Shown here: in pieces, positions 27,441-42,531 of the stretch
How positions within the stretch are numbered: the stretch's first letter is position 1
Layout: every line of letters starts with the position of its first letter
NCBI GenBank assembly: GCA_951406725.2
Contig: OX597824.1
Coordinates: 89,218,001 to 89,282,000 of the forward strand
Direction: 5' to 3'
DNA from: Octopus vulgaris
Taxonomy: Eukaryota
Length of the DNA stretch: 64,000 nucleotides
Notes under the pieces: model-generated
Seen by the model: the letters and a program-made list of their open reading frames with translations, nothing else
Database searches by the model: none
What the model was told of the DNA's origin: nothing
Program-made: the position numbers and the translations under genes

Positions 27441-27955
27441 GACCGCTGCTGCTGTCTACGATCTCAATCTAGATTTGAATGAAACAAATTCCGTGCCATT
27501 GTCTCCAGCAGAAGAAACACACACATATGCTAAGTTTCCGAAACCACTCGATAATTAATCTGTAAAATATTATCACAGTGATGAAGATTTCCATCAACCA
27601 CATAAATTAAAATAGTAATTTGTCCGGATCTACGATTGTAATTACGTTATTAGTTTTAGAGTGCTTGTCATTTGGTAAAAGAAAACAAAGACCAAAAAAA
27701 GAAAAAGAAAGAAAAGGAAAAGAAAGAAATTAACCTACTTCCAGAGAGAGACGTCGGTTTAAAGCGAAAACTTAACTTGAACGTATTGGTTGGCTAGAAG
27801 AAAAAGATTCTAACCACGATTTATACATTTGTATATATGTACGTTTGGACGTAAATATGTATATGCATGTTTGAGTATGTATGTATGTATGTATGTATGT
27901 ATGTTGTATATATATATAAATATATATATATATACACAACCCCACCATTTATTGA

Positions 27956-27989
<34 letters not shown>

Positions 27990-28068
27990 CATATATTTAC
28001 ACATCCATTGATCCATATATACGTGTGTGTGTGTGTGTATATGTATATATATATATGTGTGTGTGTGA

Positions 28069-28105
<37 letters not shown>

Positions 28106-28796
28106 TATGTGGGGGTGTATATATACGTATTTATGTGTGTGTGTGGATATTTATATATGTATATATGTATGTGTGTGTGTGTATGTACAAATGTATTTCT
28201 ATACAATATACACATATATGCTAATATAAATGTGCATGCATGTATGCATGTGTATATACATATACACCCGTTTGTATACATGCGTGTGCAGAAAAAGTTG
28301 AAAACAATCAAACTCGTACATTTTTTTTTTATTATTCCGAAGTACTTAAACATATTTTTAAAGCAAAAAAAAAACCAAAAAGAAAAACCAACAATTAAAT
28401 ACGAAAAAAAAAAAACAACAGAACCAACAAACTACAAGACAATACAATAAACACTTTAATTGTTCCAATCACCAACCAATTCCAGAGTCTTACTAAAAGA
28501 GATGTAATTGTTTTAATGAAATACTAATACCTGTAATTTGCCTTGGAACAATTCTGTAAATGGATGTTGCTTTGTGAAAATTTCGTTTTTCTTAATGGAT
28601 ATAAGCATGATTTAATAGATGTATGCTGTTGGTAGAGCTTAGTGCCGAGTAGTTACGGCTACGTTATGTTAGGCGTATTAAGTCCGTGATAATTGAAGCG
28701 CTAGAGGAGAATTGGGTAGTTTTACATAAAGCTTTCTAGCCATAGCGCTGACGTCTTTTTATAAAGAAACCGCGATGTCCTTTCACATGTACTCGT

Positions 28797-29009
28797 TTGC
28801 TCGTTTGTTTGTTTCGGTCATTTGAGTGCGGCCATGCTGGAGCACCACCTTTTAATCGAACAGATCGACTCCCCCCACCCCCAAGTACTTATTCTTTGTA
28901 AGCCTAGTACTTATTCTATCTGTCTCTTTTGCCGAACCGCTACGTTACGGGGGCGCGAAGACATCAACCAGCGGTTGTCAAGCGATGGAAGGGGACAAAC
29001 ACAGACACA

Positions 29010-29078
<69 letters not shown>

Positions 29079-29276
29079 ACAAACACACACACATATGTGT
29101 GTGTGTGTATACGACGGGTTTCTTTCAGTTTCCGTCTACCAAATCCACTCACAAGGCTTTGGTCGGCCCGAGGCCATAGTAGAAGACACTTGCCCAAGGT
29201 GCCACGCAGTGGGACTGAACCCGTAACCAAGTGGTTGGTAAGCAGGCTACTTACCACACAGCCACACCTGTGCCTA
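28797..29276 (-). mobile_element. SINE-B
   Basis: Homologous to 21031-21476. Confidence 0.9.
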
Positions 29277-29284
29277 TATTTATA

Positions 29285-29688
29285 TTGGTTTAAAATTTTT
29301 TGCCAGTAATTTCACTGAAGGGTGGAAGTCGATTACATTGACCTGGTACTTACTTTATCGACCCGAAAGGATGAAAGGCAGAGTCGATCTCGACGGAATT
29401 TGAACTCAGATCGAAAAGACGAACGAAATGCCGTTAAGCATTGTGTCCAGCGTGCTAACGATTCTGCCAGATCTCCCCCTTCAGTATATATACTCTTGAA
29501 ATGCTTAGCCGTATTTCGTCTGCCGTAACGTTCTGAGTTTAAATTCCGCCGAGGTCGACTTTGCCTTTCATCCTTTCGGGGTCGATTAAGTATGTTCCAG
29601 TTACGCACTGGGGTTGATGTAATCGACTTAATCCGTTTGTCTGTCCTTGTTTGTCCCCTCTGTGTTTAGCCCGTTGTGGGTAGTAAAA
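29285..29688. mobile_element. Two SINE-A copies head to head
   Basis: Minus copy 29285-29480, plus copy 29497-29688. Confidence 0.85.
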
Positions 29689-29801
29689 AAATATATTACA
29701 TTCTGGTATACATGGGCATAGCTATGTGGTTAAAGTGCTCGCTTTGCAACCGTGCTATTTTAGTTTCAGTCCCACTTCGTGGTACTTTGGGCAAGTAAGT
29801 A

Positions 29802-30934
29802 CGTGGTCTGATCAATAAGTATCCGGACTGTTGCCATAATAAAGCTAAAGCATGCAGAGTAAAGCCGCTTGGCACAGATTGACCTTGAACTCTGCTGTTT
29901 CTTTATTCCCCACAACGGGCTAAACATAGAGGGAACAAACAAGGACAGACGAACGGATTAAGTCGATTATATCGACCCCAGTGCATAACTGGTACTTATT
30001 TAATCGACCCCGGAAGGATGAAAGGCAAGTCAACCTCGGTGGAATTTGAACTCAGAACAGAGCGGCAGGCGAAATATCACTAAGCATTTCGCCCGGCGTG
30101 CTAACGATTCTGCCAGCTCGCCGCCTTGAACTCTGCTGTGCATGCGCACTAAGTTTAGACGTTCTAGCTCACTTCCGCTGTTTACAGCAGTGCTTGGAAG
30201 GAACGTGTGTAGCGTGTGAGCGTCGCATTGACCAAGACAGTGAAAGTTGAGCAGAGAATCTGCATCAAATTTTGCCAAAATCTTGGTGATACCTGCTCAG
30301 AGGCCTACGCAATGTTTTCAAAAAGTATTCATCGTTCTCGACACAATCAAGGAGATCTTGTGCAATGGAAACCCGAGTGTCCTTTTGGTCAGCTGAAAGC
30401 AGTTTTGGCACAAACTTGGCAGACACGTGTCTCGTAACCAAATCTTCGGTGATAACGGACTGAACTGAACCATAACTAATCTGCACATTCTCTGATAACT
30501 CACGGATGGTGATTCGACGATTACCCCTCACAGCTGCACATACATCTACGATGTTTTTCTCAGTTCTGTTGGCTGCGAGTCTCCCAGAACGTTCGTCAAT
30601 AGCGACATGTTTTCGACCATCTTGGAAACGTCTGAACCAGTCGTACACTTGTGTGTGAATCATACACTCCTCTCCATACACTTTCTGCAACTTTGCGTAG
30701 GTCTATGAGTAGGTATCGCCATGACAACTTTCTCTGTCATGGTCAATGCCACGATCCCACGCTACACACCTTCCTTCCAAGCACTGCTATAAACAGCGGA
30801 AGTGAGCTAGATCCTTATAATTTAGTGCGCATGCACACCAGTGTTCAAGGTCAATCTTTGCCTAGTGGCTTTACTCTGCGTGCCTTAGCTTCGTTACTAT
30901 GACAACAGTCTGGATACTTATTCATCAGACCTCG
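29802..30934. mobile_element. Foldback mariner derivative made of two left ends, TA TSD
   Basis: TIRs ta|cgtggtctgatcaataagtatccggactgttg and caacagtctggatacttattcatcagacctcg|ta; HTH ORF 30265-30690 (-) QVYDWFRRFQDGR..DERSGR..RITIREL..AKFVPKLL; no DDD domain. Confidence 0.9.
29899..30127 (-). mobile_element. SINE-A nested in the mariner
   Basis: TSD ccttgaactctgctgt at 29883-29898 and 30124-30139 (overlapping the head). Confidence 0.95.
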
Positions 30935-31014
30935 TATCTTATTCTTGCCCTTGACTGACCAATACCCTGTGAGTGACCTTGGTAAGTGGGAACTGTGTGG
31001 AAACCGGTTGTGTG

Positions 31015-31049
<35 letters not shown>

Positions 31050-31479
31050 ATGTGTGTGTGTGTGTGCATTTGAAATTGTACCCCATCATCACATGACAAC
31101 CGGTGTTGGTTAGTTTTTATCCCAGTAGCGTAGCGGTTCGCCAAAAAGTGTCCGATAGAATAGGTGCGAGACTTCAAGAATAAGTACTGTGTTCGATCTG
31201 TTCGAATAAACTCTTCAACGCAGTGCCCCAGCCTGGGCGCCGTCCAATGACTGGAACAAGTAAATGTTAAAAGCTAAGTACAGGTAGTATGGTGGGAGTT
31301 GTTGGTGATTCACGGTTATGGTGATATGGTGTGGGCTGTAGTGTATGAATCGGTGTGGTGGTCATGGTGGCGGAGTTTGAAGCAGCATTATGACGGTAGC
31401 CATTTTGCATTGGTTGCAGAATTTAGTGGTGTCCTACAACGTGGCGGTATTATTGTAGTTGATGTGGTGAAGATGGGAA

Positions 31480-32015
31480 TGAGAATGATGACGATGATGA
31501 CAACGACGACGATGATGATAATGATGCTGATGATGATGCCGGTGATGGTGATGGCGATGATGATATTGATGATGATGATGATAATGATGATGATGATGAT
31601 GATGATGTCGGTGATGGCGATGATGATATTGATGATGATGATGATAATGATGATCACGTTGATGATGATGATGATGATGATGATGATATCGGTGATGGTG
31701 ATGGCGATGATGATATTGATGATGATGATGATGATGATGATGATAATGATGATCACGATGATGATGATGATGATCACATTGATGATGACGATGAGGATGA
31801 TGATGACGATGGTTGTGGTGGTGGTGATGAAGATGATGATGAAGACAATGATGATGATGCTGGTGGTTATAATGATAGTGATGGAGGTAATGAGGAGGAG
31901 GAGGAGGAGGAGGAGGAGAAAGAGGAGGGGAAAGAGGAAAAGGACGACGGCAACGACGAGGACGACGAGAAGAACGATGGAGAGGAGGTGGACGATGATG
32001 ATGATGATGAAGATG
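31480..32015. repeat. (GAT)n/(GAG)n compound repeat
   Basis: Direct reading; three repeats of cggtgatgg...cgatgatgatattg. Confidence 0.9.
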
Positions 32016-32337
32016 CGAAATATGGAAGGAACGGCATCGTTAACAATGACGGTAATAAGAATAGGAGAGGTGCAAGATGGCGGAGAAGACGGAGGAGAAG
32101 AAGGAGGAGAGAGGAATGTGAGAGACTGTCGAGAACGATAATCATCATAATGTTCGTAGCGGTTGGTGTGTGTGTGTGGGGGGGTGGGTGGGGGTGGGAA
32201 GGATGAAGAATGAAGGAAAAATTGACGTCCATTAATTATAGTCATAACTTGATTGGATTTCATGAACGACTTCATGCACATGCGCTCATTTGTATGTGAG
32301 TGTGTTTGATGTGTGTAGGTATATACATCTATATACC

Positions 32338-32401
<64 letters not shown>

Positions 32402-32498
32402 ATCTATCTCTCTCTCTATATATATATATATATCCACACACATGTATATACTTGTGTGTGTGCGTATATATATATATATACATATAATTGTGTGTGTG

Positions 32499-32550
<52 letters not shown>

Positions 32551-32561
32551 TAGAAAGAGAA

Positions 32562-32592
<31 letters not shown>

Positions 32593-32833
32593 CGCGATAA
32601 ACGCGCTGACAGATGATCAACGACATATATATCTTTGCAAATAAACATACCTGACAGGAACCATAGCTATAATTAAATATAGTTTATTTACCTTTTATCT
32701 AAATGCTTACATAATTACATACATACACATATATGCATATATGCATTCGTACATACATACATACATGCATACATACATACATACATACATATATACATAC
32801 ATACACACATACATACATTCATACATACAAACA

Positions 32834-32867
<34 letters not shown>

Positions 32868-34581
32868 CATACATACATACATACATACATTGATACATAT
32901 ATACATACATACATACATTCATACATACATACATATATACATACATTCATACATACATACATTCATACATACATACATACGTACATACATACATACATAC
33001 ATACATACATTCATACACACATACATACATGCATACATACATTCATACATATATACATACATACATATACATATATACATACACAGCTCTCGTTACTGAC
33101 CTGTGATAAAGACACCGCGCATCAGCACCCATCGCATTTTGTTTAGACATAGTCATTCGGGACTTCATAATCGAACACGTCCTAACGGTTGTTTTAGCCA
33201 GTAAGGAGTGATTTGTGGTCATGTGACCACATGGACATATCCTCATTGATTGATTGGTTTTGTTTATCCCCGGATCAATTCGAAATAAAGATATGAAAGG
33301 TGTTTTATTTAGTTGTGATCCTCACTTTTTGAGGTAAACCAATGTTTCTCTTCATCTGGGAGTGTGATTTAAGGGAGATTGACTATTGTTTCTAGTAGAA
33401 ACACGAACATTCCATAATATAAGGTATTATTTTGTTTCGCGTGTGTTTTATTTCATAACATTGGGTGTAATAATAAGGAGAATTGGCTGCTATTTCTGTC
33501 AGGTCGAGCGACCATGTTGAGACTCCTGGATTTATTTATTCTTGAGGAAGGTTTCTTTTAAGCAAGACAATGTATATTGTATTTGAAATAACATGATTCG
33601 TAGAAATGTAATACTTTGATGGTTTTTTAGGGTAACTAATGAAAGAAAATATTACATCTTAAATTTGACATTGTGGACATTAAAAAAAAGTAACCCATGT
33701 TGACAGCTGAGAAACTGCCAATCTCATGTTTCATAACCACGCCCTAGAAGCTTATTGAGGGATTTATCCCTCAACACCTAAGAAAATATTCTTCTCGGTT
33801 GAATATTTTATCAGTATTAATATTTTATCTTACAATAAAACATGAATATTTTAATGCAAGATATCAGTATTAAAACAAAATATATTTTCTGTAATTTAAA
33901 TGATACCTCGTTTTGTTTGCCTTTTGTTTTCTATCTGGGCGGTCAGTTTATTCTTTAATTCGGAACAATGGTAATTGACTAATGTTTAATTCAAATCTAT
34001 GATAAGTTAAAAGCATTTTTTGGTTGCTTTTGTTGTCTCTTCATAACCTGTGGAGGTTCGTTTCGATATCTGTTCAACTTCTCAGTATAGCTCATGGTAC
34101 CTGAGATCTGGTTATTCGAATTGCACGTTTCCGACCATCAGAATGAAGGTAAGAGGAACTTAGAATTACATACATACACCCAGCCATAAACACACATACA
34201 TATATATGTACGTTTATGAATATATATATATATATATATATATGTAAATGTAAAAAAAAATACAAACTGGGACAAGAACGTGAAACATTTAGAAGACGAT
34301 ACAAAAAACACGGACGGGACATTCGAAGCCTTCAATCTTCAGTCAAGAACCGGATCATCTTCGCAATTTCGGCTGATTAATCTTGAGATTGCTCCGATCT
34401 GGCCAGCCCCAAAGGAAAATCTAAGCCAAGCGCATTAGATAAAGATAAAGATAAATTAAATATAGAGGTATTCTATTGACAAACCAATAATATATTTATA
34501 TTACAATATTACATTAAGTAGTATGAATATAATATATAACATAACATAATATTATATAACATAAATAATTATAAAACTAAG

Positions 34582-34668
34582 AAAGGCCAACAAATTGTTT
34601 CGACTTTATATTTTTTCTGATATACACAATCTGAGTTCCATTATATATAAGGTCACTTCAGGGCCTTT
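34582..34668 (-). ncRNA. Hammerhead ribozyme fold with A9U core change
   Basis: AAAGGCC CUGAAGU GACCUUAUAU...AUAUAAAGUC GAAAC aauuu GU U GGCCUUU; 7 bp stem I. Confidence 0.7.
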
Positions 34669-34748
34669 GATTTAGAAAAAGAAGGAATTCCGTGTCAGCT
34701 GGCTGTTCGACACCCCGGCTTCGAAGGATTTCTTTTCCTCAGTTTGTT

Positions 34749-34779
<31 letters not shown>

Positions 34780-34976
34780 TTGAAGTATTAATTTATAAAA
34801 ATATGGTAAAGTAAAAAAATTCACTTTACCACACACCGAACTTTTCAGAAATAGCAGCCAAAAATTTGGCTATTTCTTCAACTGCAAATAAAAGTCTCCA
34901 GACAATGCATACTCAGAAAATAACTCACATAGGTATAAGGGAAAAACAATGAAAGATCACATCCATATACGATACC

Positions 34977-35034
34977 CGAGGACAGTCTGTTTCTGGATTT
35001 GTGGGTAAAACGCCACTTTTCCTTCATCAGCTCA
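34977..35034 (-). ncRNA. Type I hammerhead ribozyme
   Basis: UGAG CUGAUGA a GGA aaa GUGG...CCAC aaa UCC a GAAAC agacu GU C CUCG; GUC site. Confidence 0.75.
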
Positions 35035-35333
35035 GAGATTTCTTCTGATTTAGATTTGAAAATACTAAGAATCAAACATACCCGTCCGATATCTGTAACA
35101 TCGGACAAACCATGCCAGACACCCAGTACTAGCGAATCCAAAAATACGAATGAGATCTATTATTCTCCCTGTCCACCCACGTGAGTCATAGAGCATTACA
35201 TTTCTACAGAGGTAAAAACTGCAGTTCAAATTCTTGGAGATAAAGCATTATATTGTCATCAGAAAAGGGGGTAGAATTAATTAATTGATAATAAATTCGA
35301 CCAAGCAGTATTCGGTATGTAAAGACCATTTAC

Positions 35334-35399
<66 letters not shown>

Positions 35400-35464
35400 A
35401 ACAAACTGAGGAAAAGAAATCCTTCAAAGTGGGGTGTTGAACAGCCAATTGACACGGAATTCCT

Positions 35465-35559
<95 letters not shown>

Positions 35560-35716
35560 CAAGGAAAAATTATAAAAAGGCAGAATGCTAAATTGAAAGA
35601 AAATTTTAATGAAAATGGGTGTATGGAAAATTTTGAAAAATTGATAGAATATATATATTGATAAATATATATATTGATAAAATATATATATTCCAACACA
35701 ACCCCACCATTTATTG

Positions 35717-35784
<68 letters not shown>

Positions 35785-36245
35785 GTATAAGTTAGAGGTG
35801 TTTAAAACCTCTAAGGTAAGCAGAAACGATCATAAACGTACTATTACTACCACTTTTCTTTATTAATTAATTAAATTAAAAGGTTACTAGCCAAAACGAC
35901 CAACTTCTTACTTTTATTTTCCCTCCATTTACTTCTTGCATGCTGGAGTTGAACTAGGGACAGCTGATGAAGGGGATTTTTCCTTGTGTAGTTTGTCTTG
36001 TACTCTGTTTTTTCGTTGTTAAAAAAGGTCCGTTTCCATGTTTGTTTTTACGTTTTCGTTTCTCGTTGAGTTCTACGTCTATTTGTAGTGTCCTGTACTC
36101 ACGTATATATATTTATATATGCATGTATATATACATGTAGATGTAGGTACGTACATATATGTATGTATGTATGCATATATTTTATTTATTACACTATTGT
36201 ATGACTGAGCGCCCTCGCGTCGTTTCGTTTCGTTTCCTCCAAGTA

Positions 36246-36314
<69 letters not shown>

Positions 36315-36316
<2 letters not shown>

Positions 36317-36630
36317 ATTAGAGGTTACGTTAACCTCATGAAGGGATGGTTTAATTCAAGGAAATACTGGTTCAATACCCAGTGTTTTGGAGCAATGAAT
36401 TTCCTTAAAATAATAGGTATATATATATAAAACATATAGTTTATATCCATTTAAAAGAAGAAAAAGAAAATAGAGATTAGGAATTTAATAATTACTTCTT
36501 ATTAATAACACATTGGGCATCTTCGCTTCTGACATCTGTTTCAATTAATACGCAATAATTTAATTACAAATTTGTACATTAAATTTGCATTTATGTGATA
36601 TGAGTTTAATTTCATTAGAATAAAAAAGAT
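36315..36630 (-). mobile_element. (TA)n-embedded pLTR-like element with degenerate hammerhead; related to 43390-43745
   Basis: Shared aacctcatgaag(g/a)gatgg terminus; minus fold CUAAUGA AAUUAA...UUAAUU GAAAC agau GUC. Confidence 0.5.
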
Positions 36631-37018
36631 GTACCTTTGGATGTTATATGCGGGGTTATCAATTCATTTTAGCAGACACTGCTAAAATGAATTGATAAGG
36701 CCACATATGACATATCGAGCCATTGGTTCAAACATGGCTTCCCCGGGTTCTATGGCGTATATATGACCTCCACTGCACGGAACGCTGTTCCGCCACAAGA
36801 TTACACATATTTGCCGAGTGCGTGGACTTGAATAAAGTGAAATGAAGTGTTTTGTTCAAGAACACAGCGCATCACCTGGTTGCTTCAAGAATCGAAACCA
36901 CAATGTGACGATCCACACACAAACACACACACACACACACACTCACATACGCATATACCCACATGTATATGGGATTAGTTGTGGAGGTGTGAGGATGAGT
37001 GGGTATGCATGCATATAT

Positions 37019-37099
<81 letters not shown>

Positions 37100-37119
37100 T
37101 GTATGTATGTATCTATCTA

Positions 37120-37163
<44 letters not shown>

Positions 37164-37768
37164 GATAGATAGATAAATAGATATACATACATATATGTAT
37201 ATGCATATGTAAATATATGCATTTAGATATATATTTGTACGCTTATACATACATATATACATAGAGAGAGAGGGAGAGAGAGAGAGGCATACACACATAC
37301 ACTTATACACATGCGTCTGCTTACATGTGTGTGTATGTGCATATATATATCTGAGTGTGTGTGTGTGTGTATACATACATACGTTCGTACGTATGTACAC
37401 ATGCGTCTGTGACCATTTGTGCTTACGCATGCACGTGAAGGACAGAAAAGAATGGTTAAACGTTTGGGTGAAAGTTCAGAATTCTGAATTTGTTAAGAAC
37501 GAGAGATGTAAGTCACATCCCGGGATAACCGTGGCACCGCTCAAAATATCATAAGACAGTCAGCTAGTAGTGAATAAGACGCGTCTTAAATGGGCGCCAT
37601 TGCTTAATTGCAGTATTATTCATTCTATAAATGAAAAGTGAAGGCGACAGATCGAAATGGATCAGATATTGGTTCTAATCTTGGAACAATCAACACACAC
37701 ATAAGTATACATATATGTAAATATGTATACACATATGTATATACATGCATACATATTTGTATGTATAT

Positions 37769-37845
<77 letters not shown>

Positions 37846-38030
37846 TAATGTCTGTGTGTATACTTTGATAGACATATAAGTATACGGATGTGATTAACAG
37901 AAAAATATGTGTGTACATATGTGTATATATGTGACAAACTCGCAATCTCAGGGATGCACTCAGAAAGTTCTCTTGTATCTATATTTATAGATTTCATTTA
38001 ATATGCATATGCACATATGTCTGTTTTTGC

Positions 38031-38096
<66 letters not shown>

Positions 38097-38149
38097 TTAT
38101 CTGTTTGTCTATCTACATACATACATATACATATGAACATATATATGTA

Positions 38150-38213
<64 letters not shown>

Positions 38214-38404
38214 CATACACATAAATATATGCACACACGCATACATATTCATATGTGTATACATATATACGTACACACATACGCACACGCACACTCACAT
38301 GACACAGACACATCAAAGTGTATATCGAAAACAAAAAATATTTTCCAGTCTTACGTTTTCTTTCTCTCTCTGATTATTCGTCCATCAATCCATCCATCCA
38401 TCTA

Positions 38405-38469
<65 letters not shown>

Positions 38470-38599
38470 ATTTCTCTCTCTCTCTCGATATCTATCCATC
38501 TTGATTTAGTCTCCTACTAATCCAAGTCTATTGAAAAGATATCGGATTAAAGTCGTCGCCCTGGATCAGCTGCTTCCCGCCACAATGCTGAAGGGATCT

Positions 38600-40060
38600 T
38601 TGTCTTAAAAATCCCTTCAACAAATTCTTTACAATCTTCGTGAAATGGCGTCTCATTGAACCAGCCGACAACTTCTGCCGTCAATTTTGCCTCTGTTTTA
38701 CAAGTGGTTTATGTCCAAGACATTGGAATATCGTCTTTGAAATCGCTATACTCTCTCTTTACTCTTTTACTTGTTTCAGTCATTTGACTGCAGCCATGTT
38801 GGAGCACCGCTTTTGTATGTGAACATATGTATGATCGATCAATATAGCGACCCATTTCATTACATAGCATCACTGGGAAAGAAATGGAAGCTGCATTCCA
38901 CAGACAATTCCAAAAGTAGTTAATAAACAAGGAACTCATTCCTAAACATCTATTCCGTTTCCGACCAAACCATAGAACAGACTGTTAGGCGAATTCGACT
39001 GTGACCAGGAGGCATATGTCATAGCCTTGGATATCAAGGACGTTTTTGATATAGTTTGACACAACGAACCCTACACTAAACCCAAATGCAGGTGAAAATA
39101 CAAGAATCCCTCAGTGTTACTCTTTGAAGTCAGCGCTCTCAAACTATGACCCACCCATTTATCAGTATCTCAAGGTTTAATACATGGGTTACTTCTTTCC
39201 CCGTTTCTCTTAGATGACCAGTTCAACACATGTAACAGTAAATAGTTCTTTTACGCTGTTCATTCTACGCCGTTAGCTCCTGTACGATCAACAGAAGAAA
39301 GCAAAGCGAAGCTGGCAGAAGCGTTAGCACGCCGGGCGAAACGTTTAGCGGTATTTCGTCTGCCGTTACGTTCTGAGTTCAAATTCCGCCGAGGTCGACT
39401 TTGCCTTTCATCATTTCGGGGTCAATAAATTAAGTACCAGCTACGCACTGGGGTCGATATAATCGACTTAATCCGTTTGTCTGTCCTTGTTTGTCCCCCC
39501 TGTGCTTAGCCCCTTGTGGGTAGTAAAGAAATAGGTAATAGTTATCTTAAACGAAGACCTGCAAAGTCGAGTGGAAGGTAATATTTGCACCATCAAAATC
39601 TGAAAGAATCGTTCGACCAAGAAAAACTATAAAAGCCCATCACACTCTGCATTGTATTATGTAAGCTGTAGTGTAAGTATAACTTACCACCATTGAATAA
39701 AATAGCAGGCGGACTAGGCTTGGATGAGCATCATTGACATAACTCAAGCACGAAACTTTCTGGTTTTATTCTGTTTCTGATGAATAAATACTTTACAAAA
39801 CATTTCCAGTAAATTCATTGCAGCTCAAGAAATTGTTCTTAGGATTATAACAGTTTATGTAGAAGACACACAAGAAACAGCTTATAACACAGGAGACAGG
39901 TTATTGCGGCGCATAAGCAACAACCAGCCAGAACAAGAAAGGATCATTGTGGAGTCGGCTATGTAAGCTTGATACAAACTTCCAGAGACAATTACAAGAA
40001 ACATCTTGGTCGATGAGACACAGACAAAAGAAAATATTGTTTAATATTGGATTCTAAAAC
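38600..40060 (+). mobile_element. Highly degenerate CR1/Jockey-like RT region with SINE insertions
   Basis: FCLCFTSGLCPRHWNI, EAYVIALDIKDVFDIV*H, VSQGLIHGLLL; boundaries approximate. Confidence 0.55.
39308..39534 (+). mobile_element. SINE-A
   Basis: Full body and tail ending gaaatag|gtaa. Confidence 0.92.
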
Positions 40061-41093
40061 ACATTAATAGATCGAAGTGAAGAATGAGAGAAAGACAAAC
40101 TCGTGCCCGCAGATATAACAGGTACCATTAGGTAAAATTAAACACACCCTTCTCCCTATTTTCTCTATCCTGAGGTCATGAACTGATAGATTCTCTTCTT
40201 TGAAGTCTTTAAATCCTGATCTGCTGTGTTTTGCAATTCTAAAAGAGCCCTCAATGAGAAACGGAAGAAAGGGAGCCTGTGTAGGTTACAACAAAATATG
40301 AAGTTTACTGACCGGTGGTTAGCACTGGGCGAAGGCAACCAGAACAACTAACCTTTATAAATGAGAAAATTATAATTATAACCCTGAAACCTAGATTTAC
40401 TGACCAACAGCTTCAACTGAAATCAGTTTCAGTGGAACCGCGTCAGTGATCAGGCTACAGTTAGTGCGAAGAAAATTTTGACATCAAATATAAAGTCAAC
40501 GGCTTCTGTGTATTGTTGAATGGCTAATTTTTGTCTTCACATCTGTAATTATTTAAGTTTCAACACGAGATTTCAGGCAAGTGCATCTTCATATATATTA
40601 TGTATTACTTTAACCAAATGTAACCTATTTGTCAAATGGATGACTGCTTCATAATAATAAAAAAAAGAAACTCATGAAACGGAAGAACAAAGCGAATAAT
40701 ACTGTTAACAACAAACTAACAGTAAGGATATGATGATAAAGTATCTGAATATAAAATAAAAAGACCCTTTTCGTCGATACGGGAGCACTAACATGCAAAG
40801 CTCTGATAATCATTCAATGAAAATTCAATGATGAATTACAAAAACCAATTTCAAAGTAAAACATTGAAGTTGTAAGCTGTGTGACATCGACTCTTACTTT
40901 ACTTGATACAATAATAAGCCATTCCAACACATATACAAGAGAGAGAGGGGGGAGGGGAGAGAGAGGGTGGAAGGGACAAAGGGAGAGGAAGGAGAGAGAA
41001 AAAGACACACACACATACACACACGGAGCGAAAAGGAAGAGAGAGGGAAAGAGAGAAACAAGCATACAGAAAAGCGGTTATAGAGAGATATAG

Positions 41094-41145
<52 letters not shown>

Positions 41146-41452
41146 GGAGAGAGAGAGAGAGAGAGAGTGTGTGTGTGTGGTAAATAAAGGAGGAGAGAGG
41201 GTGAAGCGAAATATACAGTTAAAGAAATGTCTTTTTAAAATATAATTTGGCGGCAATTTCTCGAATAATGTCAAATCCAGATATGGAAAAAGATGGCCGT
41301 CTCTATAGATACAAATCTATGTATTTACATTCATGCATACATACACACACATAATTAAACAAAAATATTTATGTATATGAGTGTATTTTACAATAATATT
41401 CACCTCTATATCTATGTAGCTACACACAACCATATATATGTGATGTGTGTGC

Positions 41453-41583
<131 letters not shown>

Positions 41584-42113
41584 GTGTGTGTGTGTGTATG
41601 TATATATATATATATATATATGGATAATTTATTTATTTAATTACGAACACTATCTCCCACTCTTTATAAATGTATTTCTGTTTCCCAGTGAGTGCGCGTG
41701 AGTGTACAAACATATGCAAATATAATTTCGTTAATGTTGGGGTCCCTTTTGTCAAGCGAAAGAGAGCAAGTGCTCAGAGGGTGGGGTAATATCTGGCTAC
41801 GTAGGGGTGGAGAGAAGGGCTATACAGGACATGACGTCTCAGTTCGGTTCGCGAGATTTGATCTTCGCATCTTTCCATCTTCAGATCGAGAAAAGAGTTA
41901 AGGTGTCGTGTTTTAAGGGGTAAACAATAATTATATTGTAGCGTGTGTTTTTAGGGATTTCAGGGAGTGGAGTTCTGTCGGAAATTCAATACAGGCTGCT
42001 GGATTTGATGAAACGATAGTTCTGCATACAAGATATACAGTTTCCGGTTTCTCATATACATACATACATACATACATACATACATACATACATACATACA
42101 TACATACATACAT

Positions 42114-42156
<43 letters not shown>

Positions 42157-42248
42157 CATATATATTTGTGTATTTGTATGTATGTATGCATGTATGTATA
42201 TATCCATTTATGTATGTATTATGTAGGAATGTATGTGTTTGTGTGTTT

Positions 42249-42320
<72 letters not shown>

Positions 42321-42474
42321 ATGTGATGTGTGCATAAGAGCTCGCTTCTTTAAAAGCAGTAAGATATAACCAAAGAAAATATTTATGTATGAATATAATC
42401 ATGAGGATGATAGAAACGAGAGAAATATATTGAAAAATAGATAGATGGGTCTATAGATAGATGAATAAAGAGAG

Positions 42475-42531
<57 letters not shown>

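Noticed and set aside
26501-27482. Long Leu/Pro and Tyr/His ORFs
   Set aside because: Trinucleotide repeat translations
31299-32626. 280 and 412 aa ORFs
   Set aside because: Span only microsatellites
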